64,000 nt of DNA from Felis catus (GCF_018350175.1 NC_058368.1:56298001-56362000), one strand, 5' to 3'; positions 1 to 13,546 are shown, numbered from the stretch's first letter. The notes: generated by a model not told the origin, from the sequence alone. A program made the numbers and translations.

Positions 1-330
1 TCATTCTATAGGTTATCATTTTACTTTCTTAGCTGATGTCATTGATGCACAAGTCTTTCATTTTGATGAATCCTACCTTTTCTATTTCTTTTTTGTTGCC
101 TGTGTTTAGGTATCATGTGTAAAAATTCAATGCCAAATGTAAGGTCATGAAGATTTACTCCTACGTTTTCTCTAATTATTTCAGAACTTGCAGTATAATT
201 TTGAATACCAAAGGTGAATTAGCATTCTGTCTTTTTTCTAAACTTCATGAGAAATCTTTCAGTGTTTAGCCATTGAATATGATGTTAGCTGTGGGTTCTT
301 CATCAAATAATGTTATCATCATTATTTTGA
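1..330 (-). mobile_element. Old L1 (L1M-type) ORF2 fragments
   Basis: Antisense L1-like text (ttttgatgaatcc..., aaggtcatgaagatttactcctacgttttc, ccattgaatatgatgttagctgtggg); truncated by window edge. Confidence 0.7.
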
Positions 331-636
331 CCATTAACTTGCATCATCTATGGACTTAATCCATAGTTATGGTAAAGGGCAGAAGCAGAGACTAGGCTAA
401 AGACTATGTATGCTTAGCAATGTGTTTGGTCTCAGGAACATCAATCACAATGTGTGACAAACTCATGTTCATTATGAACAACTGTAATACACTAAGGGAT
501 TCTATGTAATTATCCTGAAAATAAAGAGTAAAAGAATAGATGTGTCTAAAGAGTACTGATCCCATGCATTGGGGCCATTTCCTTTGAAACATGGCTTTTT
601 AAATTAGTGGCCATATCATAGACTTCCCAATAATTA

Positions 637-1218
637 GAGTCTATCCCCATTTTTTTGTGAATTCTATATTTGTGTATTTGCCTACTCTCTATAATATTTA
701 TTTGTAACCCCTAAATCAATAGTCATTGTGCTTTGGCAGTCATTTGCCGATATGCACAGAACATGAAAAATTTGTATCACTTGATGGAGATGTTCCCTGC
801 TTAGGTCAAATAAGCTAAGCTCTGCCTTCTTGTTTCAGCTCTCACAGAGATGACCAAAAATGGAGTTGATACAGAGCAGTGCAGTTTGGTGCAGGAAGCT
901 CTCTGGCTCTGGGGCCAGTTGGATGGGGTTTGAAAAACAACTCTGGTCCAGGCTGCTAGTGGGGTTGTCTCGAGCAAGTCACTTCTCAACCCATTTTTCT
1001 TTCTTTCTTTTTTTTTTTTTAATAAAGAAAGTAGACTCTATGAGGATGTATTGTTTTATTAAGAATTGTTTATTGTTTATATTAAGAATACAATATGTGA
1101 CATATGCGTATATACCTACATGTATATATTTCCCAGAAGCAATAGTTCAATATTTGCTAATTCACTGTTCATGGTTATTTTGTAGAACCATACTACCACA
1201 AAAAGCAATAATCAATTG
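637..1218 (-). mobile_element. TcMar-Tigger non-autonomous DNA transposon, MER82-like
   Basis: Both ends resemble the recalled MER82 consensus (tttgtaacccctaaatcaat...ctctgccttcttgtttcagctctca; tttgctaattcactgttc...caattg); TA precedes the left end. Confidence 0.7.
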
Positions 1219-1404
1219 TCTTTGTTTAATACATACTTAGTAAATGAATGGCTACTGTACATTGGATTGGTGTCCCTTTCAAAAGGGTTCTGATACTCAC
1301 TAAAATTTAAAGAAACATTTACTTAATGGGTTAAGATGCTATATGTAGAGTAGAAAACAAATGACATGGGAAGACAAGAAAATTAGAGAAAATCAAATAT
1401 AAAT

Positions 1405-1520
1405 CCTAGCTTTGGGGAATAATGGATATATGCATTACTTTGATTATAGTGATAATTTTACAGTTTTATATCTATGTCAAAACATATAAAATTATACATT
1501 TTAAATGATAGTTTAATAGC
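1405..1520 (+). mobile_element. Old L1M 3' end fragment
   Basis: ggggaataatggatatatgcattactttgattatagtgat...tatgtcaaaacatataaaattatacattttaaat resembles L1M 3' termini. Confidence 0.55.
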
Positions 1521-2349
1521 ACTGCTTATAAAAAGTAATCATAAGTCAAAGAGAAAAGTAGAAGAATAGGTTGCAAGATTGGGAACACATTGGAAGCAAG
1601 ATGAAATTAATTTCAAATAACTAGGTGCCAATAGAATTCAAAACTAAGACTATTTATAATAATGAATCATACTACTTTATTATCATGTTTACATAAAGAC
1701 CTTCTACTACACCTCCCAGGATGAAGCAATACCCTAATAAAATTTTTTGGCACCACTCATGAATGTGCTCACTGATGGACTCTTCACAAAAGTGAAGTGA
1801 CAGATCTGATTGATACAGATGATGAGAATATGATGTCAACTTGTTCACATTTCTACAATGAGTGTGCTTTTATTTTTTTTAAGACAATAGCTACTTCTTA
1901 TGCTCTGTTCTTCTTAACAACAGTAAGTTCTCTCACCTGCTTAGTCATTAATGCTACTTGTTGCTGATGATGAAAAAAAGTGGTTTTCCTATTCATTTTT
2001 GGCCATCAGGTAGTGAGGTAACTTCAAAAGGCTCTCTCCTTCCCAGAGGAAGACCTTTCTATGAATGGCTAGAAAGTCCCATGTCATTATTATTTCAGCC
2101 CTAATTTTGGTAAAAACATAGAAGGCTATACAATTTGTTTCAATTTAGAATTCAATAGGGGTAAAGATATGAACAACTGGCCAACAAATGTCACACTGAA
2201 CCTCCATGAACTGTGATTGGACAATGTCTTCTGGACTATAGATTGTAAATGACAACTGGGGTAACTGGGAAACAGAATTAAATCACTCAATCCAAAATAG
2301 TGCATATTTTGTTTTATTTTGTTTTGAGCACAGAATGTATTTTTTTAAT

Positions 2350-2900
2350 GACCCAAAGTAATTTGTTATCCTATTCTATCCTTCCATTCTGTCCTTGCTG
2401 ACATAGTTCCAGTTTTGTTTAAAAGTTCATCATTAATGGCCATGTGTTCAGGGAATGACACCCTCTCCAGATAAAGGATACAAAATAATTTGTTCAGGAC
2501 AATAGTGATTAATTTATCCCCTTGCTATTTTGTTGTTATTGCTCCAGCAGAAGTGGTCCAATTCTGGTTAACAAGAACTGAAAGAAAGTCTTCTGGGAAG
2601 TCACTTAGAAATTTCTTATTTCCTTGCTAATAAAAAGTATTACACACCAAAATAACTCTCTTCTCCTTTTTGGATATTCTCATATTTTCACTGTTTATGC
2701 CCAGAATAGAAACATTCTATCTGTCTAAAGACATTATCTATCAACAGCAAAATAATGAAGAAATAAGTTCCAGAGATGTTGTGTCTCTAAATTATCTCAC
2801 CTTGAACTGAGCCTATTTCCATACAACTTGTTATTTGAGATAATGACCATTTTTGGGGAGGATGAGCTACTTTGTAGCTGGTTCTAAACAATTTCTAATC
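2350..2900. mobile_element. Old MaLR LTR (MLT1J/K-like) remnant
   Basis: Degenerate MLT1-like motifs (ggccatgtgttcagggaa, caattctggttaacaagaactgaaagaaagtcttctggg). Confidence 0.45.
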
Positions 2901-2978
2901 TTTACAATGATAACTGATATAACTATGTGTGATTGAAGGAGTCTACTAATGTGATGGTGTTTAAGTATCTGCAACTGA

Positions 2979-3191
2979 GGGGCGCCTGGGTAGCTCAGTA
3001 GGTGAAGCCTCCAACTCTTGATTTTGGCTCAGGTCATGATCTCACGGTTCATGGGATTGCACCCCAAATTGGGCTCACACTGTTCAGCACAGAGCCTGCT
3101 TTTCTTTTTGTCTCTCACTGGCCCTCCCTCACTTGTGCTCTCTCCTCTCTCTCTCTCTGAATATAAATAAGTAAACATTAAAAAAAAAAAA
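2979..3191 (+). mobile_element. CanSINE (older feliform SINEC)
   Basis: ggggcgcctgggtagctcag head, CT tract, aataaa, A tail; degenerate TSD aagtatctgcaactga/aaaaatctccagctga. Confidence 0.95.
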
Positions 3192-4559
3192 TCTCCAGCT
3201 GAATAGTCAACATCATCACCTATCTGAAAAGCATTTGATTTGTATCCAGGCATATAAGCCTACCTAATGATGAGAATTAAAAAAAGGAAATAACTGCAAA
3301 TGAGTGATGTATAACTGAATTAGCATACAGAACATGCAGACCACTATGTGAAAAGTAGAGAAATAGAACATTTACATAAACGGTTTTGAAACTTCTTCAA
3401 TGATAAATGATCTATAAGGTATCATAAACTCTTGGATAAAAATTCATAGGCTAGTTTCTTTGAGGAATCATCCAGACTTATGAAGTAGAATATGAAAAAC
3501 AATAATTTGAAAGAATTTTGGAAAGACTTTAACTTACACAATTATATGAATTATTGAAGAAAAAATAATTTGATGAAATGATTATTGATGAATAATCATT
3601 GTACATATTGAGTAATCATATTTTCTAAAACAAATTCATAATGTGCTATTTTATTTGTTCATTTAAAATATATGTGTTGATCTTCAATGTCTAATTCATC
3701 CTCTTTGCTGGGCATTAAAAAATAACACAATGAGTAAACAAATTTAATTTTACACACTTTTTATTGATATTGAGAGGGCCTGACAATTCTTATTTGTGCT
3801 GTGTTCATAGAGTAAAATCTTAAAATATAAAGATGAATATATCCAAAACCCCAATTTTATTCTAATAAGGAATATAGATGAAAGATAGGGAATAAAGACA
3901 TATTTCTGCCTCAATTAACTTAATTCATTTTCAAGTTATTTTTCTCTTTATATTTGACTTAGGAACTGAGTCTGTCCTTTCCTTAATATGTTCTAATTCT
4001 TGTTTCTTTTTTAAAGATTTCTGAATTTCTTTCAAATTGAATATTTCTGTTAAAAAGGTAAAGCACTTTTCTTCTCCTTTTTAAATTTTGGTTATGGACA
4101 TAAAATTGATAATATTTATAACTCAGATTACTAACTTCCTGTGTAGGGGGATTTTGACATTAAAAGCATTTGACATATTATATAATTTATTCTGCAGTGG
4201 TATTTCTTAATTACTTAATTGGCTTGTTTGACTTCTAACCTTAATCTATATGACTTTTGAATCTGACTTATAAATATTTTATTAAATTCATTAACATTTA
4301 AGCCATTTAGCAATAACACCTCTTGATTAATTTTCCTTCTTTTCCGATAGGATTTTTTGTAATCTTTCTCATTTCAGATAAGGAAAGGGGCAAACTGCTA
4401 GTTGATATATACTTTTTAAAATTTAATTTAGAAAATTAAATTTGTAGAACTTTGATCTTCAGATTTTTCTAGTTCTTTCACCTTATTTGTTAGAGTGAAG
4501 AGGTTAATAATTCATCAAACATGCAGTAAATTGTACACATTATGCATAAACAAATATAC

Positions 4560-4690
4560 ACAATGGGTATAAAGTTTCAAGTATGCAAGATGAATAAATT
4601 CTAGAGGTTTGCTGTACAACATTGCACAATATTAAGTGCACAATACAGTAGTGTTAACTATACTGTATTGTACATTCAAAATAAAAAGAA
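4560..4690 (+). mobile_element. L1MA-type 3' end fragment
   Basis: gggtataaagtttcaagtatgcaagatgaataaattctagagg...tactgtattgtac. Confidence 0.65.
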
Positions 4691-4754
4691 TAAAAACCCA
4701 GCACTCATACGACCTCTATGACTAAGATTTTCATAACAGTATTACTGTGTAAAT

Positions 4755-4990
4755 TATTTTTAATTTTTTTAATGTTTGTTTGTTTATTTATTTATTTATT
4801 ATTTATTTATTTAAGAGAGAGAGAGAGTCCAGGGGAGGGGCCAAGAGAGAGGGAGTCACAGAATCTGAAGCAGGCTCCAGGCTCTGAGCTGTCAGCACCG
4901 AGCCCGACATGGGGCTTGAACTCCCAAACTGTGAAATCATGACCTGAGCCAAAGTTGGATGCTTAACAGACTGAGTCACCCAGGGGCCCC
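4755..4990 (-). mobile_element. CanSINE
   Basis: T-rich tail on left, ends cacccaggggcccc; TSD tattactgtgtaa at 4740 and 4991. Confidence 0.95.
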
Positions 4991-5899
4991 TATTACTGTG
5001 TAATTTCTTATCCAACCAAATCTCCCCCCCCAGTCTGTTTCAGCCTTGTATAATATCATACTTATTATCTACAGAATTCCTCATGTCTTCAAAAATTTCT
5101 TTATGATTCTTCAACTTTTGCCTTATCTTGAACTCCACTGTCCATAAAACCTTTACCATATACAGCTGTCTCAAGCAGTGAGTATTTTATCTATCTTGTT
5201 TCCCACAGCTCGTTTTAAGAAGTGGGACCATCATGCTCTCCTTTGCTGCATCCCAAACCCTATATACATCCTTCTAGTTTGTAAGATTGGGTGCCATTGA
5301 AAGAGGATGCCTTTTGGCAATGCTATTAGCATTTCTCCCTGCTTTCAGTTACTGACTTTTCAATCATATCTCTTAGCTTATTGAAGTCCTTACTACTGAA
5401 TTAATGGCTTTTATTATGTTTTCTTGTGTTGTCTTTTACCAGGATGTTTGTTATAATGATTTCATATGATCCATTAAATATCGAATATTTATCAGATTAT
5501 TTACCCAAATCACACACAAAAATGATGTGTTCCTCCATTTCCCTTCCTTACACCACCTCAGTTGTCATATCCTGGACAATTTGTTATTGGTTACTGGATT
5601 ATATATGATTGGCTGATTTCAACCACCCCACTCTTTTTTGCCTGCCACTTTCTATCTTTTCCTGCTCATTTGCCCTAAAACATTCTTTAACCACATGGTA
5701 ATGTCCAGTTCGCTGATGCCACCGCACTTAACATTTTTCTACTTCATAGTAAGTTTCTCTTTTCTCCAAATTAGATTACATAGTTTGGCAATAGCACTAC
5801 CCTATAATCACTGTAAAATGTGCACCCCTATCTTATTTCTATCTTATATACCTGAAGAAAAAAATCCCCAAGCATTATAGTTCAGATAACAAAAAAAGA

Positions 5900-6893
5900 C
5901 AATACAGACAGAACAAAACCAATTCATGTTTTCACTTAAATAGCTCAATATTGTGAATGAAAATCACCCAAGATCAGTTTACTTTACCACAAAATTGTGA
6001 CCTCAAGCCTCAGCAGTGCATTTAACACTTCCCAGCAGCCCCATATTACTGCCCTTGCAAATCAGGGCACTGTGCCAGATTTTACTATTCTGTAGCTCTG
6101 TGTAGATCTTAATATTTAGCCCATATGATAACACTCTTCAACTCATAAATGTTTGGGAAATATAGTAAATGCTAGAGGAAACTGCTCTTCAATTTCTAAT
6201 TTCCAATTTAATCTACAATTTTTAATTAACAATTCCTGCATGTGTTCAAATTTTCTTTCAATTCTCTAAATGGATGAATAACTCATTTTGATCAAAGTAC
6301 AGTCTGTTCTTTTTGTGTTCTGGGAATCAAGTCCTGTTTGACCTTCTCAAGGATTAATTCCTTTCATATCACTTCGATATCCTATTTGTAACAGCTCATT
6401 CAAACTACAATTATATCATATTCGGATATAAACCACTGTCATGTCTCATCTGTAAAAATACCCTCCACGCCCCATCACCCCACTGCAGCTACCACCTAAC
6501 TTTACTGCCACCTTTCATAGAAAATTTGACTAAAAAAACTTTTCTAAAGTTTTATCTTCCCCTCTATCACCTCCTGATTATCTCATCAGTCTTCTGTTTT
6601 CCTCAACTAAAACAGATCTTTTCAAAATTCTCAATGAGAATTAACTTTCGTAAGCTAATTGGAAGTTCCTTTCTTAGCACACTTCTGTTTTGACTTTCCT
6701 GACACCTTACTCTCCTGGTTTAATTTATTTCTCAATTGGCTTTTAATTTGCCCTATTTTTTGTCTCTTTTTTTATTCAAGATTCTATCATTCTGCAGTAA
6801 CTCCAAGCTCTGTCTGGTCCCTGCTCTATCTATTCTTTCTCTTTGAGTGATAACAAAAGAACATGTGAACCAATAAGTTTAGCAAACATCTGG

Positions 6894-6934
<41 letters not shown>

Positions 6935-7735
6935 ATACACACACATCTTCCCTAAGATCCAAATTAACGTAATTGACTCTGTACAGGACATCTGCAGTTT
7001 TGTCCCAAGTTTTGTCCAACAAGTATTATTTTACATTATAATGTCTGATACTTCTATTATCTGAAAACAAAGGTGATATCTCATTAAAAGTGAAGTGCTC
7101 AGAGAGCCATTCCTTCATCTGTTTTTGTCTGCTGGTAATTTTTTTTTCCTGGTAATTTCCTTTATTTTATTGTGAGTATAATCATGCTCTTCCCATTGTT
7201 CACTAAAAGAGGGCATTCTCTTCTCCAGACACACCGAGCCCTCTTCCCTATAGGCATTTGTGCCTGTTATTTGTTTTAGCCTAAAAAGCTGTTTTGCAAA
7301 CACTTCTTGACCTACATATTTCAGCTGAAATATCTGCTCTAAAGAATGTGTTCCACTGATAACTCTGATTAAAGTTATTATTTCTTCAGCTTGTTTACTT
7401 CCTACATAGCATACATAACATTTATTGCTATCTTTATTTATTTATTTTAAGTGGCTTATTGCCTATTTCCATCCTTAGAACATATGTTTAATGGGCACAT
7501 TTCCTACGAGAAAGATTTATAAACTAGAAAAGAAATAATCTTCACATCATTTTATTTCTCTCTGAAACTATCATTTTTATTTTACATACTTCTTTGCCTC
7601 CTCTATCTTTTAGCTAAGTTGCCCTGCCTTCTGCCTGAGCTTTTGATAACTCTCTTCAAAAACCAATTAAATTTCCACATGTGTTTCCACAGGCATTCTG
7701 CAGTGAGCGTGTTCAGATCATTGCTCATTATATTA
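5900..7735 (+). mobile_element. Ancient L2 LINE fragments
   Basis: Pyrimidine-rich degenerate L2-like segments (ctgcagctaccacc..., acaccttactctcctggttt, cttattgcctatttccatccttagaacatatg). Confidence 0.5.
6896..6945. repeat. (CA)n microsatellite
   Basis: Direct observation. Confidence 0.95.
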
Positions 7736-7753
7736 CTAAAAACTTGAAATATA

Positions 7754-7951
7754 GGGGCGCCTGGGTGGCGCAGTCGGTTAAGCGTCCGACTTCGGCCAGG
7801 TCACGATCTCGTGGTCCGTGAGTTCGAGCCCCGCGTCAGGCTCCGGGCTGATGGCTCAGAGCCTGGAGCCTGTTTCCGATTCTGTGTCTCCCTCTCTCTC
7901 TGCCCCTCCCCCATTCATGCTCTGTCTGTCTCTGTCCCAAAAAAAAAAAAA
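7754..7951 (+). mobile_element. Young SINEC_Fc-type CanSINE
   Basis: CpG-rich head ggggcgcctgggtggcgcagtcggttaagcgtccg; perfect 16-bp TSD aaaaacttgaaatata (7738-7753, 7952-7967). Confidence 0.97.
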
Positions 7952-8023
7952 AAAAACTTGAAATATAATTTCTTTCCATTGCCCTGTCACAGAATATGAA
8001 AAGCAGAGTACCATGCACTAGTT

Positions 8024-8240
8024 AGGGCTCAGTGGGTTAAGTGTCTGACTCTTGATTTTGGCTCAGGTCATGACCTCACGGTCTGTGGGTTAGAGCCCCA
8101 CATAGGCTCTGCGATTATAGTGCAAAGTCTGCTTGGGATTCTCTCTCTCCCTGTCTCTGCCCCTCCCCTGCTCATGATCTGTCTCTCTCTGTCTCTCAAA
8201 ATTAATTAATTAATTAAGTTCAAAACAAAATAAACAAACA
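8024..8240 (+). mobile_element. CanSINE (older, 5' end eroded)
   Basis: ggctcagtgggttaagtgtctgactcttgattttggctcaggtcatg...CT tract, A-rich tail. Confidence 0.9.
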
Positions 8241-8822
8241 GAACAATCCCAAGGCTGTAGAGCATTGTGCACCAGTTATCAATCCCAGGGGTGGAAACAC
8301 TTCTACTCATTACATCATGGTATCAGAGTTGCCAAAGAAAACACACCACAGTCAAGCACAGGATGGAGCAACACTTTCCTTACAAAGAGAAGAGGCATAG
8401 CAAGATCAGCTTTAGCAGTGTGTGCCAGTCCTCCATGACCAGTGGGTCTCTCCTGGCTGCTGAAGGCAAAGTAATTTGCCTAAGGCATCATCTCATGCAG
8501 TAGTGAAAGGAACCAGCAGTGGTGTTGGCTAGATGTCATATGATGCACACACTTTAAGCATAAACAAAAGAACACTCATTGAGCCTGTAAAAGGGAAAGA
8601 TATTCCCACAAAAGACAATAAGCCATTCTTACATGGCCAAGTGGAGGCTGAAAGACTATGCTCATGAGACTGCCTTTCACCACAGAATGAAATTAACATT
8701 TTACCCAAAAGTCATACTTATTTTTTTTCTCTTCCTCTTGACCTAATTTGCTTATCTGGTTCCATCCACATCATTGCAGATGGCAAAATTTCATTATTTT
8801 TTTTATGGATGAGTAATATCCC

Positions 8823-8825
<3 letters not shown>

Positions 8826-8860
<35 letters not shown>

Positions 8861-8862
8861 CA

Positions 8863-8909
<47 letters not shown>

Positions 8910-8985
8910 GTATGTGTATATATGTATATATATGTGTGTGTATATATATATATATATGTATATATACATACATACACACACACAC
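8826..8985. repeat. Compound (TG)n/(TA)n/(CA)n microsatellite inside L1
   Basis: ~160 bp alternating purine-pyrimidine tract. Confidence 0.95.
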
Positions 8986-10143
8986 CACATATTCATTAGC
9001 TGTTCATCAGTTGATGGATATTTGGGCTCTTTCCATAGTTTGGCAATTGTTGATAATGATGCTATAAATATTGGAGTTAATGTACCCCTTTGAATCTATA
9101 TTTTTGTGAATCTTTTGGGTAAATACCTAATAGTGCAATTGCTGGAACCTCAGGTCGTTCTATTTATAGTTTTTTGAGGAATCTCCATATTGTTCTCCAG
9201 ATTGGCTGCACCAGCTTGCATTCCCACCAGCAGTGCAAGAGGGTTCCCCTTTTCCCACATCCTTGCCAACATCTGTTGTTTCTTATGTTGTTAATTTTAG
9301 CCATTCTGACAGGTATGAGGTGGTATCTCATCATGGGTTTGATTTGTATTTCCCTGATGATGAGTGATGTTGAGCATCTTTTCATGTGTCTGTTAGCCAT
9401 CTGGATGTCTTCTTTGTAAAATGTATATTCATGTCTTCTGCCCATTTCTTCACTGGGTTATTTGTTTTTTGGGTGTGGAGTTTGATAAATTCTTTATAGA
9501 TTTTGGATACTAACCCTTTATCATATACATCATTTGCAAATATCCTCTCCCATTCTGTAGACTGCCTTTTAGTTTTGTTGGTTGTTTCCTTTGCTGTGCA
9601 GAAGCTTTTTATCTTGGTCAAGTCCCAATAGTTCATTTTTGCTTTTGTTTCCCTTGCCTTCACAGATGTGTTCAGTAAGAAGTTGCTCCAGCTGATGTCA
9701 GAGAGGTTGCTGCTTGTGTTCTCCTCTAAGATATTAATGGTTTCCTGTCTCACATTTAGGTCTTTCATCCATTTGAATTTATTTTTTGTGTATGGCATAA
9801 GAAAATGGTCCAGTTTCATTCTTCTGCATGTCACCATCCATTTTTCCCATCACCAGTTTTTGAAGAGACTATCTTATTTCCATTGGATATTCTTTCCTAC
9901 TTTGTTGAAGATGAGTTGACCATATAGTTGTGGGTGCATTTCTGGGTTTTCTATTCTGTTTCTTGATCCATGTGTCTGTTTTTGTGCCAGTATAATACTG
10001 TCTTGATGACTACAGCTTTGTAATATACTTGAAATCTGGAATCGTGATGTCTCCAGTTTTGTTTTGCTTTTTCAGGATTTCTTTGTCTATTCAAGGTCTT
10101 TTGTGGTTTCATACAAAGTTTAGGATTGTTTGTTCTAGCTCTG

Positions 10144-10161
10144 AAATAAATAAATAAATAA

Positions 10162-10215
<54 letters not shown>
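10144..10215. repeat. (AAAT)n(TA)n microsatellite inside L1 ORF2
   Basis: Direct observation. Confidence 0.95.
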
Positions 10216-10218
<3 letters not shown>

Positions 10219-11061
10219 CTGGTGGTATTTTGATAAGGTTGCATTAAATGTGTAGATTTCTTTGGGTAGTATAGACATTTTAACAATTTTTTCCTTCCAA
10301 TCCATGAGCATGGAATGCTTTTCCATTTCTTTGTGTCCTCTTCAATTTCTCTCATAAGTGTTCTATAATTCTCAGAGTGTAGATCTTTTACCTCTTTAGT
10401 TAGGTTTATTCCTAGGTATCTTATTGTTTTTCATGTAATTGCAAATGGGATCGATTCCTTGATTTCTTTTCCTGCTGCTTCTTTACTAGTGTATAGATAT
10501 GTAACAGATTTCTGTATGTTAATTTTATATTCTGCAACTTGGCCGAGTTCATATATTTAGTTCTAGCAATTTTTATTGGAGACTTTTGGGTTTTCTACAA
10601 AGAGTCATCTGCAAATAGTGAAAGTTTGACTTGTTCCTTGCCAATTTGGATGCCCTTTTTTCTTTTTGTTGTCTGATTGCTGAGGCTAAGACTTCTAGTA
10701 CAATGTTAAATAGTAATGGTGAAAACGGACATCCTTGTCTTATTCCTGACTGTAGGGGAAAGGCTCAGTTTTTGCCCATTGAGGATGATACTAGCTCTGA
10801 GTCTTTCATTTATGGCCTTTATGATGTTAAAATATCCTCCATTCTGTTTGTTGAAGATTTTCATTAAGAATGGATGCTGTATTGTGTCAAATGCCTTTTC
10901 AGCATCTATTGACAGGATCATATGGTTATCCTTTCTTTTACTAATGTGGTGTATCACATTGATTTGTGAATATCAAACTAGCCCTGCAGCTCAGGAATAA
11001 ATCCCACTTGATCATGGTAAATAATTCTTTTGATGTACTGTTGAATTTGACTTGCAATTAT

Positions 11062-11284
11062 TTTTAAAACAAATTTTTTTAATGTTTATTTTATTTTTAA
11101 GAGAGAGAGAGACAGAACACGAGCAGGGGAGGGGCAGAGAGAGAGGGAGACACAGAATCCAAAGCGGGCTTCAGGCTCCAAGCTGTCAGCACAGAAACTG
11201 ATGCAGGGCTCAAATCCACAAGGCATGAGATCATGATCTGAGCCAAAGTCAGATGTTTAATCAACTGAGCCACCCAGGTGCCCC
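11062..11284 (-). mobile_element. CanSINE nested in L1 ORF2
   Basis: T tail, gagagagacagaacacgagc..., ends gagccacccaggtgcccc. Confidence 0.95.
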
Positions 11285-12691
11285 TGATTTGCTAGTACCT
11301 TGTTCATAATTGTTGCTTGCATTCATGTTCTTCAGGGATATTAGCCTATAATCCTTTTTTTTAGTGAGGTCTTTGTCTGATTTTGGAATCAAGGTGGTGC
11401 TGGCTTCATACAATTAGTTTGGAAGTTTTCCTTCTATTTCTATTTTTTTGAAACAGTTTGAGAGGAACAGGTATTAACTCATGCTTTACATGTCTGGTAG
11501 AATTCCTCTGGGAAGCCGTATGGCCCAGGACTCTTGTTTGTTGGGAGATTTTTTATTACAGATTCAATTTCTTTGTTGCTTATGGGTCTTTTAAATTTTT
11601 TATTTCTTCCTGTTTCAGTTTTGGTAGTTTGTGAGCTTATAGGAATTTTTCCATTTTTTCCAGATTACCTGGTTTGTTGGCATATAATTTTTCATAGTAT
11701 TCTCTTATAATTGTTTATTTCTGTGGTGTTGGTTATGATCTCTCCTCTTTTAATCATGATTTTATCTATTTGGGTCCTCTCTCTTTTCTTTTTGATAGGC
11801 CCAGCTAGGGGTTATCAATTTTGTTCACTCTTTCAGAGAATTAGCTCTTAGTTTTGTTGATCTCTTCTACTGGTTTTTATTTGTTTGTTTGTTTCTATAT
11901 CATTTTTTTTGCTGTAATGTTTATTATTTTTCTTCTGCTGCTGCTTTTAGGCTTTATTTGCTCTTCCTTTTCTGGGTCTCTTACATGTAAGGGTAGATTG
12001 AGTCTTTGGGATCTTTCTTGCTTCTTGAGATAGACCTGAATTGCTATATACTTTTCTCTTAGGACTGCCTTTGCTGAATCCCAATGGGTTGGGACTGTCA
12101 TGTTTTCATTTTCATTGGCTTCCATCTATTTTTTTTTATTACTTATTTAATCCCCTGGTTAACCCATTTATTCTTTAGTAGGATGTTCTTTAACTTACCT
12201 GTATTTGAGGGCTTTCCAAATTTTTTCTTGTGGTTGACTTCAAGTTTCATAGTGTTGTGATCTGAAAATGTGCATGGTATGATCTTGATCTTTCTGGATT
12301 TGTCAAGGGCTGATTTGTGACCTGGTGTATGATCTTCTCTGGAGAATGTTTCATGTGTACTAGAGAAGAATTTGTATTCTGCTGCTTTAGGATGATATGT
12401 TCTAAATATATCTGCTAAGTCCATCTGGTCCAGAGTGTCATTCAAAGCCATTGTTTCCTTCTTGTATTTTTGCTTACTATATGTCCATTGTTGGTAAGTG
12501 GGACATTTAAGTCCCCTACTATTATTGTATTATTATCAATGAGTTTCTTTATGTTTGTTATTAATTGATTTATATATTTGGCCTCTCTCACGTTGGGGGC
12601 ATAAATGTTTACAATGGTTAGATCTTGGTGGATAGACCCTCTAATTATTATGTAATACCCTTCTTCATCTCTTGAAACAGTCTTTGGTTTA

Positions 12692-12915
12692 TTTTTTATT
12701 TATTTTTATTTTTTTCATTTATTTATTTATTTTGAAAGAGACAGAGGGAGAGTTCAAGCAGGGGAGAGGCAGGGGGGCTGGGGGCAATCCCAAGCAGACT
12801 CTGCAGTGTCAGTGCAGAGCCTGGCATGGGACTCAAATTCATGAAACTGTAAGATCATGACCTGAGCCAAAATCAAGAGTCAGACGCTTAACTGACTGAG
12901 CCACCCTGGCATCCC
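12692..12915 (-). mobile_element. CanSINE nested in L1 ORF2
   Basis: TSD acagtctttgg(t/c)tta at 12677 and 12917. Confidence 0.95.
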
Positions 12916-13546
12916 TACAGTCTTTGGCTTAAAATCTAGTTTGTCTGATGTAAGTGTAGATACTCCAGCTTTCTTTTCATGTCCATTAGTATAATAGATG
13001 GTTCTTCATCCCCTCACTTTCAATCTGCTTGTGTCTTTAGGTCTAAAGTGAGTCTCTTGTAGGAAGAATATAGACGGATTTTTTTTATCCATTCGAATAC
13101 CTTACGTCTTTTGATTGAAGTATTCAGTACATTTACATTCAGAGGGATTATTGAAGAATGTCAATTTAGTGCTATTGTGTTACCCATAGAGTTCTCATTT
13201 CTGGCAATGTTCTCTGGTTGTTTGTAGTCCTTGTTGCTTTGGTATTTTTTTTTCCTTCACTCAAAGAGTCCCATTAAAATTTCTTTCAGGGCTGGTTTAG
13301 TGGCCATGAACTCCTCTAGTTCTTGTTTGTCTGGAAAACTCTCTCTCTCTCTTTCTATTCTGAATGGCAGTGTTGGTGGACAAATAATTCTTGGCTGCAT
13401 ATTTTTCCCATTCAGCCCATTGACTATTTCCTGCCCCTCCCTTCTGGCCTGCCAAGTTGCGATGGACAGGCCTACTGCTAATTTTATGTGTCTACCCTTG
13501 TAGGTTAGTGACCTTTTGCCCCTCGCTGCTTTAAGAATTCTCTCTT

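Noticed and set aside
860..1240. 126-aa ORF
   Set aside because: Inside a non-autonomous Tigger relic, includes a poly-T-derived Phe run, and shows no transposase similarity that I can see.
7754..7830. tRNA-like A/B boxes as tRNA genes
   Set aside because: They are CanSINE heads followed by CT tract, A tail and TSD.
8270..8690. GC-richer block, possibly an LTR or exon
   Set aside because: Could not identify termini, TSD, family or convincing splice sites; left unannotated.
8718..9093. Overlapping ORFs rich in YI/HT/CV repeats (also at 6843, 31691, 43159, 61146)
   Set aside because: Translations of dinucleotide microsatellites, which lack stop codons.
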